DNA of 63,312 nucleotides, filler included, from Bacteriovoracaceae bacterium (GCA_018649885.1; 3 parts of 3 records of this genome joined end to end with filler, not necessarily neighbours in it); one strand, 5' to 3'; shown: positions 28,728 to 41,150, numbered from the whole stretch's first letter. Translations and numbers: made by a program. The notes: a model not told the origin generated them from the sequence alone.

Positions 28728-29663
28728 TTATTTAGTTAGAAAATAGTCGTTAATTACGTGGGAATCCATATGTGATTTATAGAGTTTGAGAGAATAGCTT
28801 GGTGCCACTCCTAGCCACTCTTTAATAAGTGAATCTGATCGACCAAGATGTAGCCATTTAAAAACACAACTCTGTCTTAAGGATTTAGGAGTGGCCACCA
28901 CATCGTATTTCCTACGATAGTCTTCAAACATAATTTCAACACCTCTGGGTGAAATACCACCAGAGATAATGTGAAAGGGATTTCCGTTGAATAGTAGCTC
29001 ACTAAATTCTTGGTGATCACGCTCTTTTTGAGCATCCAAAAGCTCAATGTATTCCTTTATCACTTCAACGGTGTAGGGGCCTAGTGGGATGCTGTAGGGG
29101 TCTCTTTTAAGTGGAGTGACTAAGACCCTGGCCTTTGTTCCTAAGCTCAGCTGAGACAGCTTTAGCTTTGCCAGATCAGAGACCTTTAAGCCACAGTCGA
29201 AAATCAAAAGAAAGAGCACCTTTCCTCTGTGATACATCAGCTGTTCAAGTGGTTTTTCTGATTTAGATCCCTTTACTATCCCATCCCATAACTTTTGGAG
29301 ATGATCGTAGCTAGTAGGTCTTGGAATATCTAAAAATTTAGGTGCAGAAGGAAGTTTTTTGACTGGATTATCACCAATAATTTCTTTCGCCATTAGGAAG
29401 TCAAAAAATAGTCTAAGGGCCTGAATTCTTCTTCTCTTAGAATTATCTGAATTGTATTTTTGGTTGAGAAATTGGTGATACTCACCAACAAGACCCTCAT
29501 TAAAATTGTTCAAGTGATCAACAGAGTTCTTAGATATTAAAAATTTCTTAAAGCACTGGATATCAGTTTTGTAGTTTTTAAGGGTGTTAAGACTCTTGCC
29601 TTGTCTTTTGAGGTTCTGGTAAAAATCCTCTTCAAAAGTGAGAAGAGATGGGATCTGTTGCAT
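28728..29663 (-). CDS. XerC/D-like tyrosine-recombinase-fold protein with degenerate active site
   Basis: SAM-like N-terminus (SLNTLKNY..D; RRRIQALRLFFDFL; DNP). Catalytic boxes read GLKVSDL, TPKSLRQS and WLGVAPSYSLKLY. Confidence 0.85.
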   Translation of the reverse strand: MQQIPSLLTFEEDFYQNLKRQGKSLNTLKNYKTDIQCFKKFLISKNSVDHLNNFNEGLVGEYHQFLNQKYNSDNSKRRRIQALRLFFDFLMAKEIIGDNPVKKLPSAPKFLDIPRPTSYDHLQKLWDGIVKGSKSEKPLEQLMYHRGKVLFLLIFDCGLKVSDLAKLKLSQLSLGTKARVLVTPLKRDPYSIPLGPYTVEVIKEYIELLDAQKERDHQEFSELLFNGNPFHIISGGISPRGVEIMFEDYRRKYDVVATPKSLRQSCVFKWLHLGRSDSLIKEWLGVAPSYSLKLYKSHMDSHVINDYFLTK

Positions 29664-29859
29664 GGATGCACCTTATTTGAATAGCTTAAAGCTGTCTGAG
29701 CGCCTCGGATTTTACTTTCTGCCCCTCTATCTGACAAATTAATTAGTATAACGCCTTGCCAAGAGATAATTTGGGGTGTTATACACACTGCTACATTTGA
29801 AGATTGATACTAAGGGCCTATGCCTAAGACGACCTAACTAACTACAACAAAAGAGTGTT

Positions 29860-30657
29860 ATGCACTTTGCTGAAATGTTAAAAACACAATTATGCCAATG
29901 GGATAAAAAACCCTGCTTCGTCACGGCTTTTAATTCAACACCTGGCACCCAAATCATTGCCCAGTTTCAAAGTCTTCTCAAATACCAATTTAATAATGAG
30001 GCCCTTGTTCTGCAGGCCTTAAGCCATAGATCATTTATTCATGAAATTCCTGAAAACTTCCAATTCCACGATAATGAAAGATTGGAATTTTTAGGTGATT
30101 CTCTGCTTGGAACTTATGTTTCCACTAAGCTTTTTAGGGAACTTCCGAGTGCCTCTGAAGGAGAGTTGTCCAAACTTAGAGGGGCGATAGTGAATGAAAA
30201 AAGATTATACGAGCTTTCAAAAATCATCAATTTATCAGAATATATTTTAGTGGGCAGAGGTGAGCTATCTCAAGATGGGCATCTCTCTTCTTCTAAGCTT
30301 TCAGACACTTTTGAGGCCATTATTGCGGCCATATATTTAGATTCAAATATTCAGAAAAGTTTTGAGTTTCTAGATATGGTTGTTGGGAAATACCAAGATA
30401 GTTTTGGTGATTTATTCACTACAGATATTCTCTTTGAATTCGATCCAAAATCAATGCTTCAAGAACAGACCATGGCCTTGTACAAAGAACTTCCAGTCTA
30501 TCAGGTGGAAGAAAAAGATGAGGTGGATTCTAAGTTTTTTATCAGTGTATTAATAAAAGGAACTGTAGTCGAAAGTGGGCACTTTTCATCTAAGAAGAAA
30601 GGAACTGCTGAGCTTGCTAAAAGTATAATTGAAGGTAAGAAATATTTAAATATATAG
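29860..30657 (+). CDS. rnc: Ribonuclease III
   Basis: ALSHRS, NERLEFLGD, DTFEAIIAAIYLD and a dsRBD (DPKSMLQE). Confidence 0.95.
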   Translation: MHFAEMLKTQLCQWDKKPCFVTAFNSTPGTQIIAQFQSLLKYQFNNEALVLQALSHRSFIHEIPENFQFHDNERLEFLGDSLLGTYVSTKLFRELPSASEGELSKLRGAIVNEKRLYELSKIINLSEYILVGRGELSQDGHLSSSKLSDTFEAIIAAIYLDSNIQKSFEFLDMVVGKYQDSFGDLFTTDILFEFDPKSMLQEQTMALYKELPVYQVEEKDEVDSKFFISVLIKGTVVESGHFSSKKKGTAELAKSIIEGKKYLNI

Positions 30658-30667
30658 GGAGAATTAC

Positions 30668-31642
30668 ATGCTATTAACTGATCAACATCCGCATAATAAA
30701 TCCATCGTTGCTGGGATATTGGGTGTGCCAAATGTGGGAAAAAGTACACTGATTAACTATCTTCTAGGTTTTGATTTGTCCGCAGTGACTCACAAAGCAC
30801 AAACTACTAGAAACCAATTCCATTGTGTCCTCACAATCGATCACACAGAGATCATCCTAGTCGACACTCCCGGAGTTCACAAAACAACTCAAGAGATGAA
30901 TAAGAGGCTCAATCAACAAGCAAGGGATGGAGTCGAAAGCGTAGACGTGAATCTGCTTTTAATGGATCTTACAAAAGATCTTGGAAAGCAATTTCAGGAA
31001 TTTTTTCTCAATTTTAATAGTGAGATTGGAAAGACTTGGGTGATTTTTACCAAAAAAGATCTTTTGTCTCTTGAGAAATTGGCCACGCTTGACTTACCTG
31101 GTGCATTTACCAAATTTCAGGAAGTGATTCCCTCTCTAGAAAAATTCTATGTTATCAGCGCGAAGGATGGAAGTGATGTTCATCTTCTTACAGGTGATCT
31201 TTGTGATATTGCTCAGGAAGGACCTCATCATTATATGAAAGATGCAATTAGCAATAAATCAGAGCGATTTTTTGCCACTGAATATATTAGAGAGCAGGCA
31301 TTTCATTGCCTTGATCAAGAACTGCCCTATGAGCTTGCAGTGACTATCGATGAATTTAAAGAATTTAATGTAAATAAAGAAGAGGCCCGTAAGGCCTTTA
31401 TCAGTGCTTCAATTATTGTTAATAGACCCAGCCAAAGGGCGATTGTCATTGGCAGACAAGGCAGTGTCATTAAAAAAATAGGCACCTCTGCTAGAAAGAA
31501 AATTGAGGCGATGGTTGGAGGCCCTGTAAGGCTAAACCTCCACGTAAAAGTTGCTCCTAAATGGTTCAACAATAATAAGCTTCTTGAAGAAATAGGGCTA
31601 CCTAGAGCGACAGACTCTAGAAGGGTTTGGAGGCAAAGATGA
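30668..31642 (+). CDS. era: GTPase Era
   Basis: [19 protein letters not shown] domain with IVIGRQG..IK.IG. Confidence 0.95.
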   Translation: MLLTDQHPHNKSIVAGILGVPNVGKSTLINYLLGFDLSAVTHKAQTTRNQFHCVLTIDHTEIILVDTPGVHKTTQEMNKRLNQQARDGVESVDVNLLLMDLTKDLGKQFQEFFLNFNSEIGKTWVIFTKKDLLSLEKLATLDLPGAFTKFQEVIPSLEKFYVISAKDGSDVHLLTGDLCDIAQEGPHHYMKDAISNKSERFFATEYIREQAFHCLDQELPYELAVTIDEFKEFNVNKEEARKAFISASIIVNRPSQRAIVIGRQGSVIKKIGTSARKKIEAMVGGPVRLNLHVKVAPKWFNNNKLLEEIGLPRATDSRRVWRQR

Positions 31643-33441
31643 GCCGTTTAACACAAACGATGGTTGTCAGTATTATTGGCAGACCAAATGTAGGTAAGAG
31701 TACCATCTTTAATAGACTGATGAAAAAATCATCAAAGGCGATGACTCATGATATCCCTGGTGTCACAAGAGATCGCCACTATGGTGTAGGCACAATTGTC
31801 GATGAAGTGAACTCTGATTCACTGGATTACATCCTTGTGGATACAGGTGGCTTTTATCCTGAAAAGGTCGAGCTTACTGGAGTCAATAAAGAGGAGAAGT
31901 TTTTCAATCTTATGGCGGCCCAAGCGGAAATGGCCATTGATGAAAGTGATCATATTTTATTTATTGTAGATGGTAGGGAAGGGCTTCTTCCTTTCGATCA
32001 GCAAATCAGTGAATTTCTTAGAGGAAAGAAGAAAACATTTTGGATCTTAGTCAACAAAATGGACACCCATAAACAAGACGGGGAAGAGGCCGAGTTTTAC
32101 CAACTGGGAATTGACAGTGAAGACCTAATTCCTGTTTCTGCTTCTCACGGTGTTGGTTTTCTTCGCTTAGACTCTAAATTATTAGAACTTGCAAAGGGCC
32201 ATCGGGACAAACAAAACGCCAGGCTTTCAACTGAGTTTGGAATCCAAAAGGGAGTTTGTCCAAAAGAAGATGTCATATCTAAGCTTGCTCTTATTGGTGC
32301 ACCCAATGCAGGTAAATCTACTCTTTTAAATAAGCTTCTAGGTGCAAAAAGAGCACTGGTAAGTGATATTGCAGGTACCACAGTGGACCCGATCGAAGGA
32401 TATTTCGATATCTATTTTGGTAAAGATGTTTCAAAAGTTGATAAGTTTTTTAAAGGTCACAAAAACAATCACGAATTTTGGGGAGAGTTTGAAAAATTAT
32501 TGGTTGATGAGGAAACTGGCCAAATAAAGCAAGAGTGCATTGATAAATTTGATGTTTCTGATATGGATTTAGAGAGCTTTCAAGATGAAGATGATGATGA
32601 TGATGCAAACGGTGAGCAATTTGAAACCTTAAGTGACGACGCCGGAGTTGATCATAAAGTAGAAAATATTCTAGGCGACGCTGAAGCTTGTGAAGTGGCA
32701 GAAGAAGTTTCTGAAGTTGACGCAGGCCCATGTGATAAAAGTAATGGAAGTTACTGGAGATCACTACTGATTGTGGATACTGCTGGAATTCGTAGGAAGA
32801 AAAGTGTTTGCGGGGAAATTGAAAATCAAAGTATTTATAGGTCTCTTCGCTCTATTCAAGACTCGGAAATCGTTCTGATTCTTGTTGATGCTACCCAAGG
32901 GATCTCTCATCAAGACAGACGACTAGCAGATATTGCCCTAGAAAAAGGGAAGTCCATTATCATTTGTCTCAACAAAATAGATCTTTTGAAAGATAAATTG
33001 AAAACAAGCAAGGCCCAAAATCAGTGGCTGGAAGAGCTAAGAGTTGATATCCCATGGCTTGGCTATGTGGAATTGGTTCCGCTCTCGGCAAAATACGGAA
33101 GTAGAGTAAACTCGTTAAAAGAAGCAATTAAAAGAACTGTTATAGTTAGAAACTCTCAAGTTCCAACTTCAAGGCTTAACGATTTAATTGGTCACATGGT
33201 AGAAACTCACCCTGTAACCCTTAAAGATTCTAGAGGAAAGAGATTCAAGGTGAAATACGCCTCTCAAGTGAAGGCCAATCCACCTACATTTCTTTTATTC
33301 ACCAATAAAGGAAGAGGAATCCCCGCAAACTATAGACGCTATCTTCAAAATGGAATTAGAAGGGAATTTAGTCTCTACAATACTCCTGTCCATCTTATTT
33401 TTAGATCTGGAAAGGAATTTGAGAAAAAATTGACGACTTAA
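31639..33441 (+). CDS. der: Ribosome biogenesis GTPase Der (EngA) with a large acidic insertion
   Basis: Two G domains ([16 protein letters not shown] and [16 protein letters not shown]) and a KH-like C-terminus; ATG 31639 overlaps the era stop. Confidence 0.93.
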   Translation: MSRLTQTMVVSIIGRPNVGKSTIFNRLMKKSSKAMTHDIPGVTRDRHYGVGTIVDEVNSDSLDYILVDTGGFYPEKVELTGVNKEEKFFNLMAAQAEMAIDESDHILFIVDGREGLLPFDQQISEFLRGKKKTFWILVNKMDTHKQDGEEAEFYQLGIDSEDLIPVSASHGVGFLRLDSKLLELAKGHRDKQNARLSTEFGIQKGVCPKEDVISKLALIGAPNAGKSTLLNKLLGAKRALVSDIAGTTVDPIEGYFDIYFGKDVSKVDKFFKGHKNNHEFWGEFEKLLVDEETGQIKQECIDKFDVSDMDLESFQDEDDDDDANGEQFETLSDDAGVDHKVENILGDAEACEVAEEVSEVDAGPCDKSNGSYWRSLLIVDTAGIRRKKSVCGEIENQSIYRSLRSIQDSEIVLILVDATQGISHQDRRLADIALEKGKSIIICLNKIDLLKDKLKTSKAQNQWLEELRVDIPWLGYVELVPLSAKYGSRVNSLKEAIKRTVIVRNSQVPTSRLNDLIGHMVETHPVTLKDSRGKRFKVKYASQVKANPPTFLLFTNKGRGIPANYRRYLQNGIRREFSLYNTPVHLIFRSGKEFEKKLTT

Positions 33442-33458
33442 TTTGAGGAAATGAGTAA

Positions 33459-33989
33459 TTGGAAATCGTAAAGAAAAATGAATATGAGCTTAACAATTTG
33501 GAAAAAGCAGGCCTTCAAACTCTTTTGAAGTCTGCTTTCCCCGATTGCTTGTCCAGTAGAATATACTTCAAGCAACTTCCTCACTTCAGATTAATTGGCT
33601 CCATTGAAAATACAATTATTGGTCAAGTTGGAGTCGACCACAGGGTCATATCACTAAATGGAAATTCCAAAAGTATTTTTGGAATTATTGATTTATGTGT
33701 AGACTCCGCTCACAAACGAAAGGGACTGGCAGAGGAAATGATCCTGGAAATTGAAAGTCTTGCAAAAGAAAATAAAATTGATTTCATCGTATTATTTGCA
33801 GATGATCAGAGGCTCTATCATCGTCTAGGGTTTCAAAGTGTTTCGAACAGATGTAAGTGGCTTGGTATTGATGAACATAAAACGGTTGGAATAATACAAG
33901 ACAGTCTCGCTGATTGTATGATGATAAAGAAGACTGGTAATTCTGAGTGGCAGAATGAGGATGTGGATATGCTCGGTTATTTATTTTGA
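33459..33989 (+). CDS. GNAT N-acetyltransferase
   Basis: FGIIDLCV...KRKGLA, LYHRLGF. Confidence 0.85.
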   Translation: MEIVKKNEYELNNLEKAGLQTLLKSAFPDCLSSRIYFKQLPHFRLIGSIENTIIGQVGVDHRVISLNGNSKSIFGIIDLCVDSAHKRKGLAEEMILEIESLAKENKIDFIVLFADDQRLYHRLGFQSVSNRCKWLGIDEHKTVGIIQDSLADCMMIKKTGNSEWQNEDVDMLGYLF

Positions 33990-34317
33990 AGTTACGGGAT
34001 TACTTCCATTGAACTCGAACTAGGACTTTGTGTGCTCTTTTAGAGGGGCGTATCACTTAGGAGCGCTAGCAAATTCCACAAATCAGGTACTTAGAAACGA
34101 TTGGAATTGTGAGCACAAGCAGATCACTCCACTAGTAGATTGGAAATTGACTAATATTTGGACACTTCAAATTGAAAAAATCAAAAGCTATTCTTCCTAA
34201 ATTTATAAACACAATCAAAAGATCTTCTCCCTTAATATTTAGATAACTTAAATAGTTCCAAGCTTCTATTGAAGAAAAAACACAGAAGTTTTGGGACAAT
34301 ATCATTTGGAGAAAAAA

Positions 34318-34662
34318 ATGAAAAATCTATTAATCTGTACTTTAATAACTTTCGCCGTATCAATGGATGCATTTGCATTGGTAAATGAAGAAGTGCTTCC
34401 TTCCGGCCTAAGTTGAGCGTGTGGCAAAGTTATCTCAATCAAACGAGACACAACTCAAGAAAATAGAAATATTGAACTTAGCGTAATCATTAAACCTGGT
34501 CATGATGGATTTAGTTACGGGTTTGCAGTAAGTAAAAAAACTCTAAAGGATGAGTATGTGAAGAGTTTAGTATTAAACTCGTTGGGTAAATCCATTTGTG
34601 TTAACTATTCCGCTGGTGAAAGTTCTAAATTTTGGCTCAAGGCCATAAATTTAAAACTCTAG
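34318..34662 (+). pseudogene. 114-codon secreted-protein gene interrupted by one in-frame TGA (absent from the ORF track)
   Basis: GGAG SD; reads MKNLLICTLITFAVSMDAFALVNEEVLPSGLS*ACGKVISIK...FWLKAINLKL, with TGA at 34414-34416; a hairpin follows at 34683-34718. Confidence 0.65.
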
Positions 34663-35397
34663 TCATCCAAAAAATACATATTCAACATCTCTAGGAAAAT
34701 CGATTCTCGGAGATGTTGCTCATTAAGTCCCGTATTTAAACTCAAGCATTTATATAAAATTTAGCAAGATAAAGGATTTTTGAGAATCCTAGAAATCGGA
34801 ACCATTAGAGTTGCGACCACATCATAGAAGGTGCCACCTTTTCTTTGGCACCTTTGCTTTGCCAATTTGTTAATTTGTACTTCCACACTTTTGGGACTAA
34901 ATGCATTGGGCCACTAAATCAAAACAGTGTATTCTTACCTTTAACAAAAAAGAAATAGTTGTTCACGGGCCGTGGGAAGGTTGAGTTTCAGGCCTAGTTG
35001 GGTGGCGGCCCTTTTATCACGGTATAGCTTAGAGTTGTTTTGATGAGTTTTGTGATGTGGGTATTTTGTAGTTGTTATGTGGTTTTGAGGATTGCTTTTA
35101 TGGGGAAGGGTTGGGGAGGAATTTCAATTCTGGAAAAGCTGACTTTGGTGATAGGTTTTATTTGGAAATAGTGCTTGGGAGATAATTTTTCGTTCTATTT
35201 ATAGAGGGAGAAATGGTAATGAGATTCTTTTTTAGGGGGGCCTATACTCCTTAGAATGGTCTTGGTGGTACTTCACTAAAATTATTCAGGGTCCCTAATT
35301 AAATTTAAAGTACAGTGGTCCTAGCAGAGCTTTATGGGAGCAATATTTGGGCGGTAAAACCGTGGTAAGCTGCTGGAGAGCTTGGAGGTTAGAGGTG

Positions 35398-35459
35398 ATG
35401 ATTGAGAAAATGAGTGATGATAAATTATTAAAAAGTGTTCTACTAGAAGTTAAAAAAGA
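35398..35459 (+). CDS. 5' fragment of a gene cut by the contig end, possibly a second DUF222-HNH paralog
   Basis: MIEKMSDDKLLKSVLLEVKK behind GGAGG; resembles the 'SD..LL.....VK.ER' N-terminus of that family. Confidence 0.4.
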
Positions 35460-35559
35460 NNNNNNNNNNNNNNNNNNNNNNNNNNNNNNNNNNNNNNNNN
35501 NNNTTAATTAATTAANNNNNNNNNNNNNNNNNNNNNNNNNNNNNNNNNNNNNNNNNNNN
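35460..35559. other. Artificial contig-join spacer
   Basis: N-run with TTAATTAATTAA at 35504-35515. Confidence 0.97.
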
Positions 35560-36243
35560 CTTGCTCAGCAAGAACTTGATAGAATGAGTAGACCAGATGG
35601 ACTTGATAACCCCAGTGAACAACCTCTTTCAGATGAAGCATTGGCCGGTAGAGAACAATTGGATGCAGACGCACTTGCAAGAAGACAAGAAGCTGAAAGA
35701 GTTCAAATTGGTAGAGATGCAAAAAAAGATCCATCAGCTATAGAAGCAGATACACTTGAAGAGCAGCTTGCAAGGGAAAGAGCTGCAGCAGCTGAAGCAG
35801 CTGAATTTGATGCTCCTGAAGCCCAGGCAGCACGAGTGGAAGAAGGTAGGATTCATAGGCCAGTAGATGATAAAACATCTGATGATATGTTAATACGAAA
35901 GGTTGATGAGGATCATCATACCGCAGCCGAAGCTCAAGTAGAACTTGATAGAAGAAGAAAAGTAAGGGAAGCCGACGCTCGAGCGAGTGTTGAAAGAGAA
36001 GCCAGAGATGAAGCCGAGAGGGCCGTTGCTTCAAAACGAGCAAGGGTTGATGAGGTGGACGATGCTATTAGTGATGTAGAGCTTAGAATGCAAGAATTAA
36101 AAACCCAGGAAGAAAGATTACTCAGAGGACAATTTGAAGGAGATAATCCCCAGCAAGCATATGATGATATTCAACGCGAGAGAGGTGAGCTAGCTGAGAG
36201 AAGAGGTAGTCTCTTAGAAGAGCAGCATGAATTAGGTCAATAA
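35560..36243 (+). CDS. 3' fragment of a charged, Glu/Arg/Ala-rich coiled-coil protein
   Basis: Frame is open from the contig start (LAQQELDRMSR...); low-complexity helical composition. Confidence 0.6.
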   Translation, partial: LAQQELDRMSRPDGLDNPSEQPLSDEALAGREQLDADALARRQEAERVQIGRDAKKDPSAIEADTLEEQLARERAAAAEAAEFDAPEAQAARVEEGRIHRPVDDKTSDDMLIRKVDEDHHTAAEAQVELDRRRKVREADARASVEREARDEAERAVASKRARVDEVDDAISDVELRMQELKTQEERLLRGQFEGDNPQQAYDDIQRERGELAERRGSLLEEQHELGQ

Positions 36244-36352
36244 GAATTTCCTAAAAACTCATAATTAAAGAAATTTAACAAATGCTACAAATTCTTGTGT
36301 GTAGACATGAATAGAATTTAATTGCAAAATGGATATTTAAATAAAGGCTTCA

Positions 36353-36841
36353 ATGAAACTACTTTTTATTAGACATGGTATTGCAATGGATCCTTTGGAG
36401 TGGTCTAAAGGTGATGAGTCAGAATTGCAAAGACCCTTAACCAAAGAAGGCCTTGAAAAGTTTAGGCAGGCAAGTCTAGGAATAAAAAGAATTGTCCCAC
36501 AGGTGGATAGAATACTATCTAGTGAATATACTCGCGCCATTCAAACTGCGGAAATACTTGGTAGCTGTTACTCAAATATAGACCTTGAAATTACTGGCCT
36601 TCTAAATGTTGAAGCCGATTCAAACTCTAGTATTGGTCTTCTAGAAAAATTTGGTCAAGATGAGGTTATTGCCCTTGTTGGACATGAACCCTCTGTTTCA
36701 GCTCTGATTTTAAAGCTACTAGGCTCTAGTCAATATATTAGATTTAAAAAGGGTGGAGTTTGTTTAATTGAATATTCTAATGGAATGATTGAGCTTCGTT
36801 GGATGTTAACTCAGAAACATTTAAGATTGATTAGTAAATAG
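36353..36841 (+). CDS. sixA: Phosphohistidine phosphatase SixA-like
   Basis: IRHG, RPLT..G, SS.Y.RA.QTA, VGHEP. Confidence 0.85.
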   Translation: MKLLFIRHGIAMDPLEWSKGDESELQRPLTKEGLEKFRQASLGIKRIVPQVDRILSSEYTRAIQTAEILGSCYSNIDLEITGLLNVEADSNSSIGLLEKFGQDEVIALVGHEPSVSALILKLLGSSQYIRFKKGGVCLIEYSNGMIELRWMLTQKHLRLISK

Positions 36842-37610
36842 AATCATCAGAGTCTTTTCCGAAATATTTGTCGAATGACTCTGGACTTGTAATTTTTTTA
36901 ATGACACTTGTATCAGCGCTTCCAATTAATTCTTCATTTTTATCTGGGTATTCAAATTGGCTACAAACTAGTTTGATGGCCTCCATTCTAGCTATCTGCT
37001 TGTCATTTCCATCTATCACATACCAAGGTGAAACTTCTGAGCTTGTTTTTAAAAACATCTTCTCTTTAAACCTGGTATAAACTTTCCATTTTTCTTGGGC
37101 CAACTGGTCTACCGGGGACAACTTCCAAGTTTTGAGTGGGTTGATTTGTCTGTCCTTAATTCTCAGTTTTTGGGTTTCAGGTTTAATTGAAAACCAAAAT
37201 TTAAAAATATGTATTCCACTTTGGATCAGCATATTTTCAAGATTTACAACTTGTTCAAGAAATTGCTCATGCTCAAGCTTTGAGCAAAATCCAAGTGCTG
37301 GCTCAATGACTGCCCGGTTGTACCAACTTCTATCAAAGAAAACGATTTGTCCTGGGCAAGGAAGGTGGACAAGGTGGCGTTGAAAATACCACTGACCTCT
37401 TTCAAGCTCAGTAGGCTTTGTAAGGGCAACTATTTTAATATAACGAGGATTTAAATGGCGGGCGAAAGTTAGAATTCCTCCGCCTTTTCCAGCAGTGTCC
37501 CTACCTTCAAACATTATGAGAATCTTCTCATCGGACTCGCGAACATGGTACTGAAGCTTTACAAGCTCAACCTGGCACTGTTCAAGGTCTGAAAAAGTCT
37601 TATCACCCAA
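36831..37610 (-). CDS. ppk2: Polyphosphate kinase 2
   Basis: FEGRDTAGKGG, WYFQR, FDRSWYNR, WKLSPVD. Confidence 0.95.
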   Translation of the reverse strand: MGDKTFSDLEQCQVELVKLQYHVRESDEKILIMFEGRDTAGKGGGILTFARHLNPRYIKIVALTKPTELERGQWYFQRHLVHLPCPGQIVFFDRSWYNRAVIEPALGFCSKLEHEQFLEQVVNLENMLIQSGIHIFKFWFSIKPETQKLRIKDRQINPLKTWKLSPVDQLAQEKWKVYTRFKEKMFLKTSSEVSPWYVIDGNDKQIARMEAIKLVCSQFEYPDKNEELIGSADTSVIKKITSPESFDKYFGKDSDDSIY

Positions 37611-37813
37611 ATCTATTTCCTAGTTCAATCTAGTGTTCAATGTTGGCGGTTTTATCACGGCGCAACGCTTCACGCAATGACAGCTTTCTAAGCTATATCC
37701 CTCAAGTGTTCCATTTTACGTCAAAACGGCCAAATCTGACCAGAATTCAAATAATTTAATAAGTAGGCCCTCATAAAAAGGTAGTTTTTACATCTTTTTT
37801 CACACTCCAAACC

Positions 37814-37841
37814 TTGACACTCGCCAGGGCGATATTACATT
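37814..37841 (+). promoter_or_regulatory. Putative sigma70-type promoter of groESL
   Basis: TTGACA-N16-TACATT; the spacer contains the palindrome TCGCC-AG-GGCGA. Confidence 0.55.
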
Positions 37842-37918
37842 GTGTTTCGATACTAAATTACTGTTTTTAATCCTAAATTAGTTATAAAAGCGCGCTGCGC
37901 ACAAAAGGAGGGTGTAAC

Positions 37919-38206
37919 ATGGCCATTAGACCATTACATGATCGAGTTCTTGTTAAGAGAGTAGAAGAAGAAGCTAAAACTGCTGGTGGTATCATTATTC
38001 CCGATACACACAAAGAAAAGCCTGCCCAAGGTGAAGTTGTTGCTGTGGGTGGTGGGTATCACTTAAATGACGGATCTATCAGAGTTCTTGACGTCAAAAA
38101 AGGCGATAGAGTTCTTTTCGGAAAATATGCAGGTACTGACGTAAAAGTTGAAGGATCTGACTATCTGATAATGAAAGAAGACGATATTTTAGGAATTATG
38201 GAATAA
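37919..38206 (+). CDS. groES: Co-chaperonin GroES
   Basis: [24 protein letters not shown]. Confidence 0.98.
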   Translation: MAIRPLHDRVLVKRVEEEAKTAGGIIIPDTHKEKPAQGEVVAVGGGYHLNDGSIRVLDVKKGDRVLFGKYAGTDVKVEGSDYLIMKEDDILGIME

Positions 38207-38223
38207 ATACCAAATTGATATAG

Positions 38224-39888
<1,665 letters not shown>

Positions 39889-39942
39889 GATTCTTCCTCG
39901 CATATGTGGTAGATTTTAAAAAATTAAATTACTGAATAAATT

Positions 39943-39972
39943 AAGGCCTTTGCAAATGCAAAGGCCTTTTTT
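39943..39972 (+). terminator. groESL intrinsic terminator
   Basis: AAGGCCTTTGCA-AA-TGCAAAGGCCTTTTTT. Confidence 0.9.
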
Positions 39973-40093
39973 ATGCTGGCGGATAAATCAGCTGTTTCAA
40001 GGCAGCCGATCACTTTTTTTATATAGAGTGATTCAAAAATTTTTCACCTGGGAGATTTTATTGTAGAAAGATTTCTAACCAGGAGAATGCCTC

Positions 40094-40567
40094 ATGAAAT
40101 ATATCATCTGTTTATCAATACTTTTGGCCTTAGGTGCCTGTAATAGTGATAATAATACTACAGGTGGTGGTGATGGCGGCATTAATGGAGGAGTTGCTCC
40201 CCTAAACCCTGGTCAAATAAAAACAAGTCTCACTGGAAGTAGCTGGTCTGAAAGAGGAGTGATTTTCCAAGGAAACTATCAACCATCTCAGGCGTGTGAT
40301 GCAGACGATGTATTTTATTTTGTAGACGACAAAAATTATCAATATACTGAAAATACCCCTTGTAGCAATACGGACGTAGACTCCTCTGGCACTTGGAATG
40401 TTGTCACTAATGCGGCTGGAAAAGTCATGCTAAGCCTAGTTGATGCAGTCAATGGCCCACTCGAAATGGAGATTGTTTCAGTTTCTGGAACAGAAGCCAG
40501 GTACAATGTAGAGGCCACGAATAACGGGCAGCCTATTACCATCACAATTATTATGGATAAAATTTAA
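40094..40567 (+). CDS. Lipoprotein with lipocalin-like domain
   Basis: LGAC lipobox; LTGSSW, 'ACDADD', GTW pattern. Confidence 0.65.
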   Translation: MKYIICLSILLALGACNSDNNTTGGGDGGINGGVAPLNPGQIKTSLTGSSWSERGVIFQGNYQPSQACDADDVFYFVDDKNYQYTENTPCSNTDVDSSGTWNVVTNAAGKVMLSLVDAVNGPLEMEIVSVSGTEARYNVEATNNGQPITITIIMDKI

Positions 40568-40711
40568 GTAGCGGTCTTATAAAAAACTGCTTAGCTTTCA
40601 CTGGTTTTTGCTTCATGAGATTTACGTGAAAAAGCCCCAATATTAGCTTTGTTTCCTGTTCAATATCATCTTTACATTGTACACATTGGAAAAATATCAA
40701 GGGGGTATAAA

Positions 40712-41134
40712 GTGTTTAAAGTAATTCTATTAATAACAGCAATGATTCCCATAGTTGCACACGCTCAGAAACTTAGTTATGAACAACGCGTGGACAAAGT
40801 TATTGCAGCTTTTGAAAAAGATCTAAAACCAGTTGTAAGTAAAAGTTGTTTCCACTGTCACAATAAGGACCATTGGCCGTGGTATGTATTTTTACCAGCA
40901 CTAAAAAAAGAAGTGAAGTTAGCAGTAAAAGAGTTTGATATGTCTGGGAAATTTCCTTACGGCGGAAGAGATGAAATAGAAGATGTGCTGCTTTCAATAA
41001 ATGAGGTAATTGATTTTGAAACTATGCCTCCTAAAGCCTATAAAAAATTTAGACCAAAGAGAAAGATAAAGAAAAAACAAAGAGAAGAAATTCTAGACTG
41101 GATAGATACCAACTTAGAACTTCTTGAAGAATAA
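40712..41134 (+). CDS. Monoheme c-type cytochrome (Haem_bd-like)
   Basis: Signal peptide; SCFHCH, WPWY and MPP..Y motifs; probable GTG start at 40712. Confidence 0.8.
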   Translation: MFKVILLITAMIPIVAHAQKLSYEQRVDKVIAAFEKDLKPVVSKSCFHCHNKDHWPWYVFLPALKKEVKLAVKEFDMSGKFPYGGRDEIEDVLLSINEVIDFETMPPKAYKKFRPKRKIKKKQREEILDWIDTNLELLEE

Positions 41135-41150
41135 TCAAAATGGAGAAATT

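Noticed and set aside
20087..29663. Prophage or integrative element suggested by the T4-like topoisomerase and integrase-like gene
   Set aside because: There are no structural, packaging or conjugation genes and no att repeats seen; the recombinase is degenerate and the neighbours are cellular genes.
32420..32750. Intein in Der
   Set aside because: No Cys/Ser start with His-Asn end followed by Cys/Ser/Thr, and the composition is low-complexity acidic.
37814..37840. CIRCE element upstream of groES
   Set aside because: TTGACACTC resembles the left arm, but GAGTGCTAA is absent 9 nt downstream; it is better read as a -35 box.
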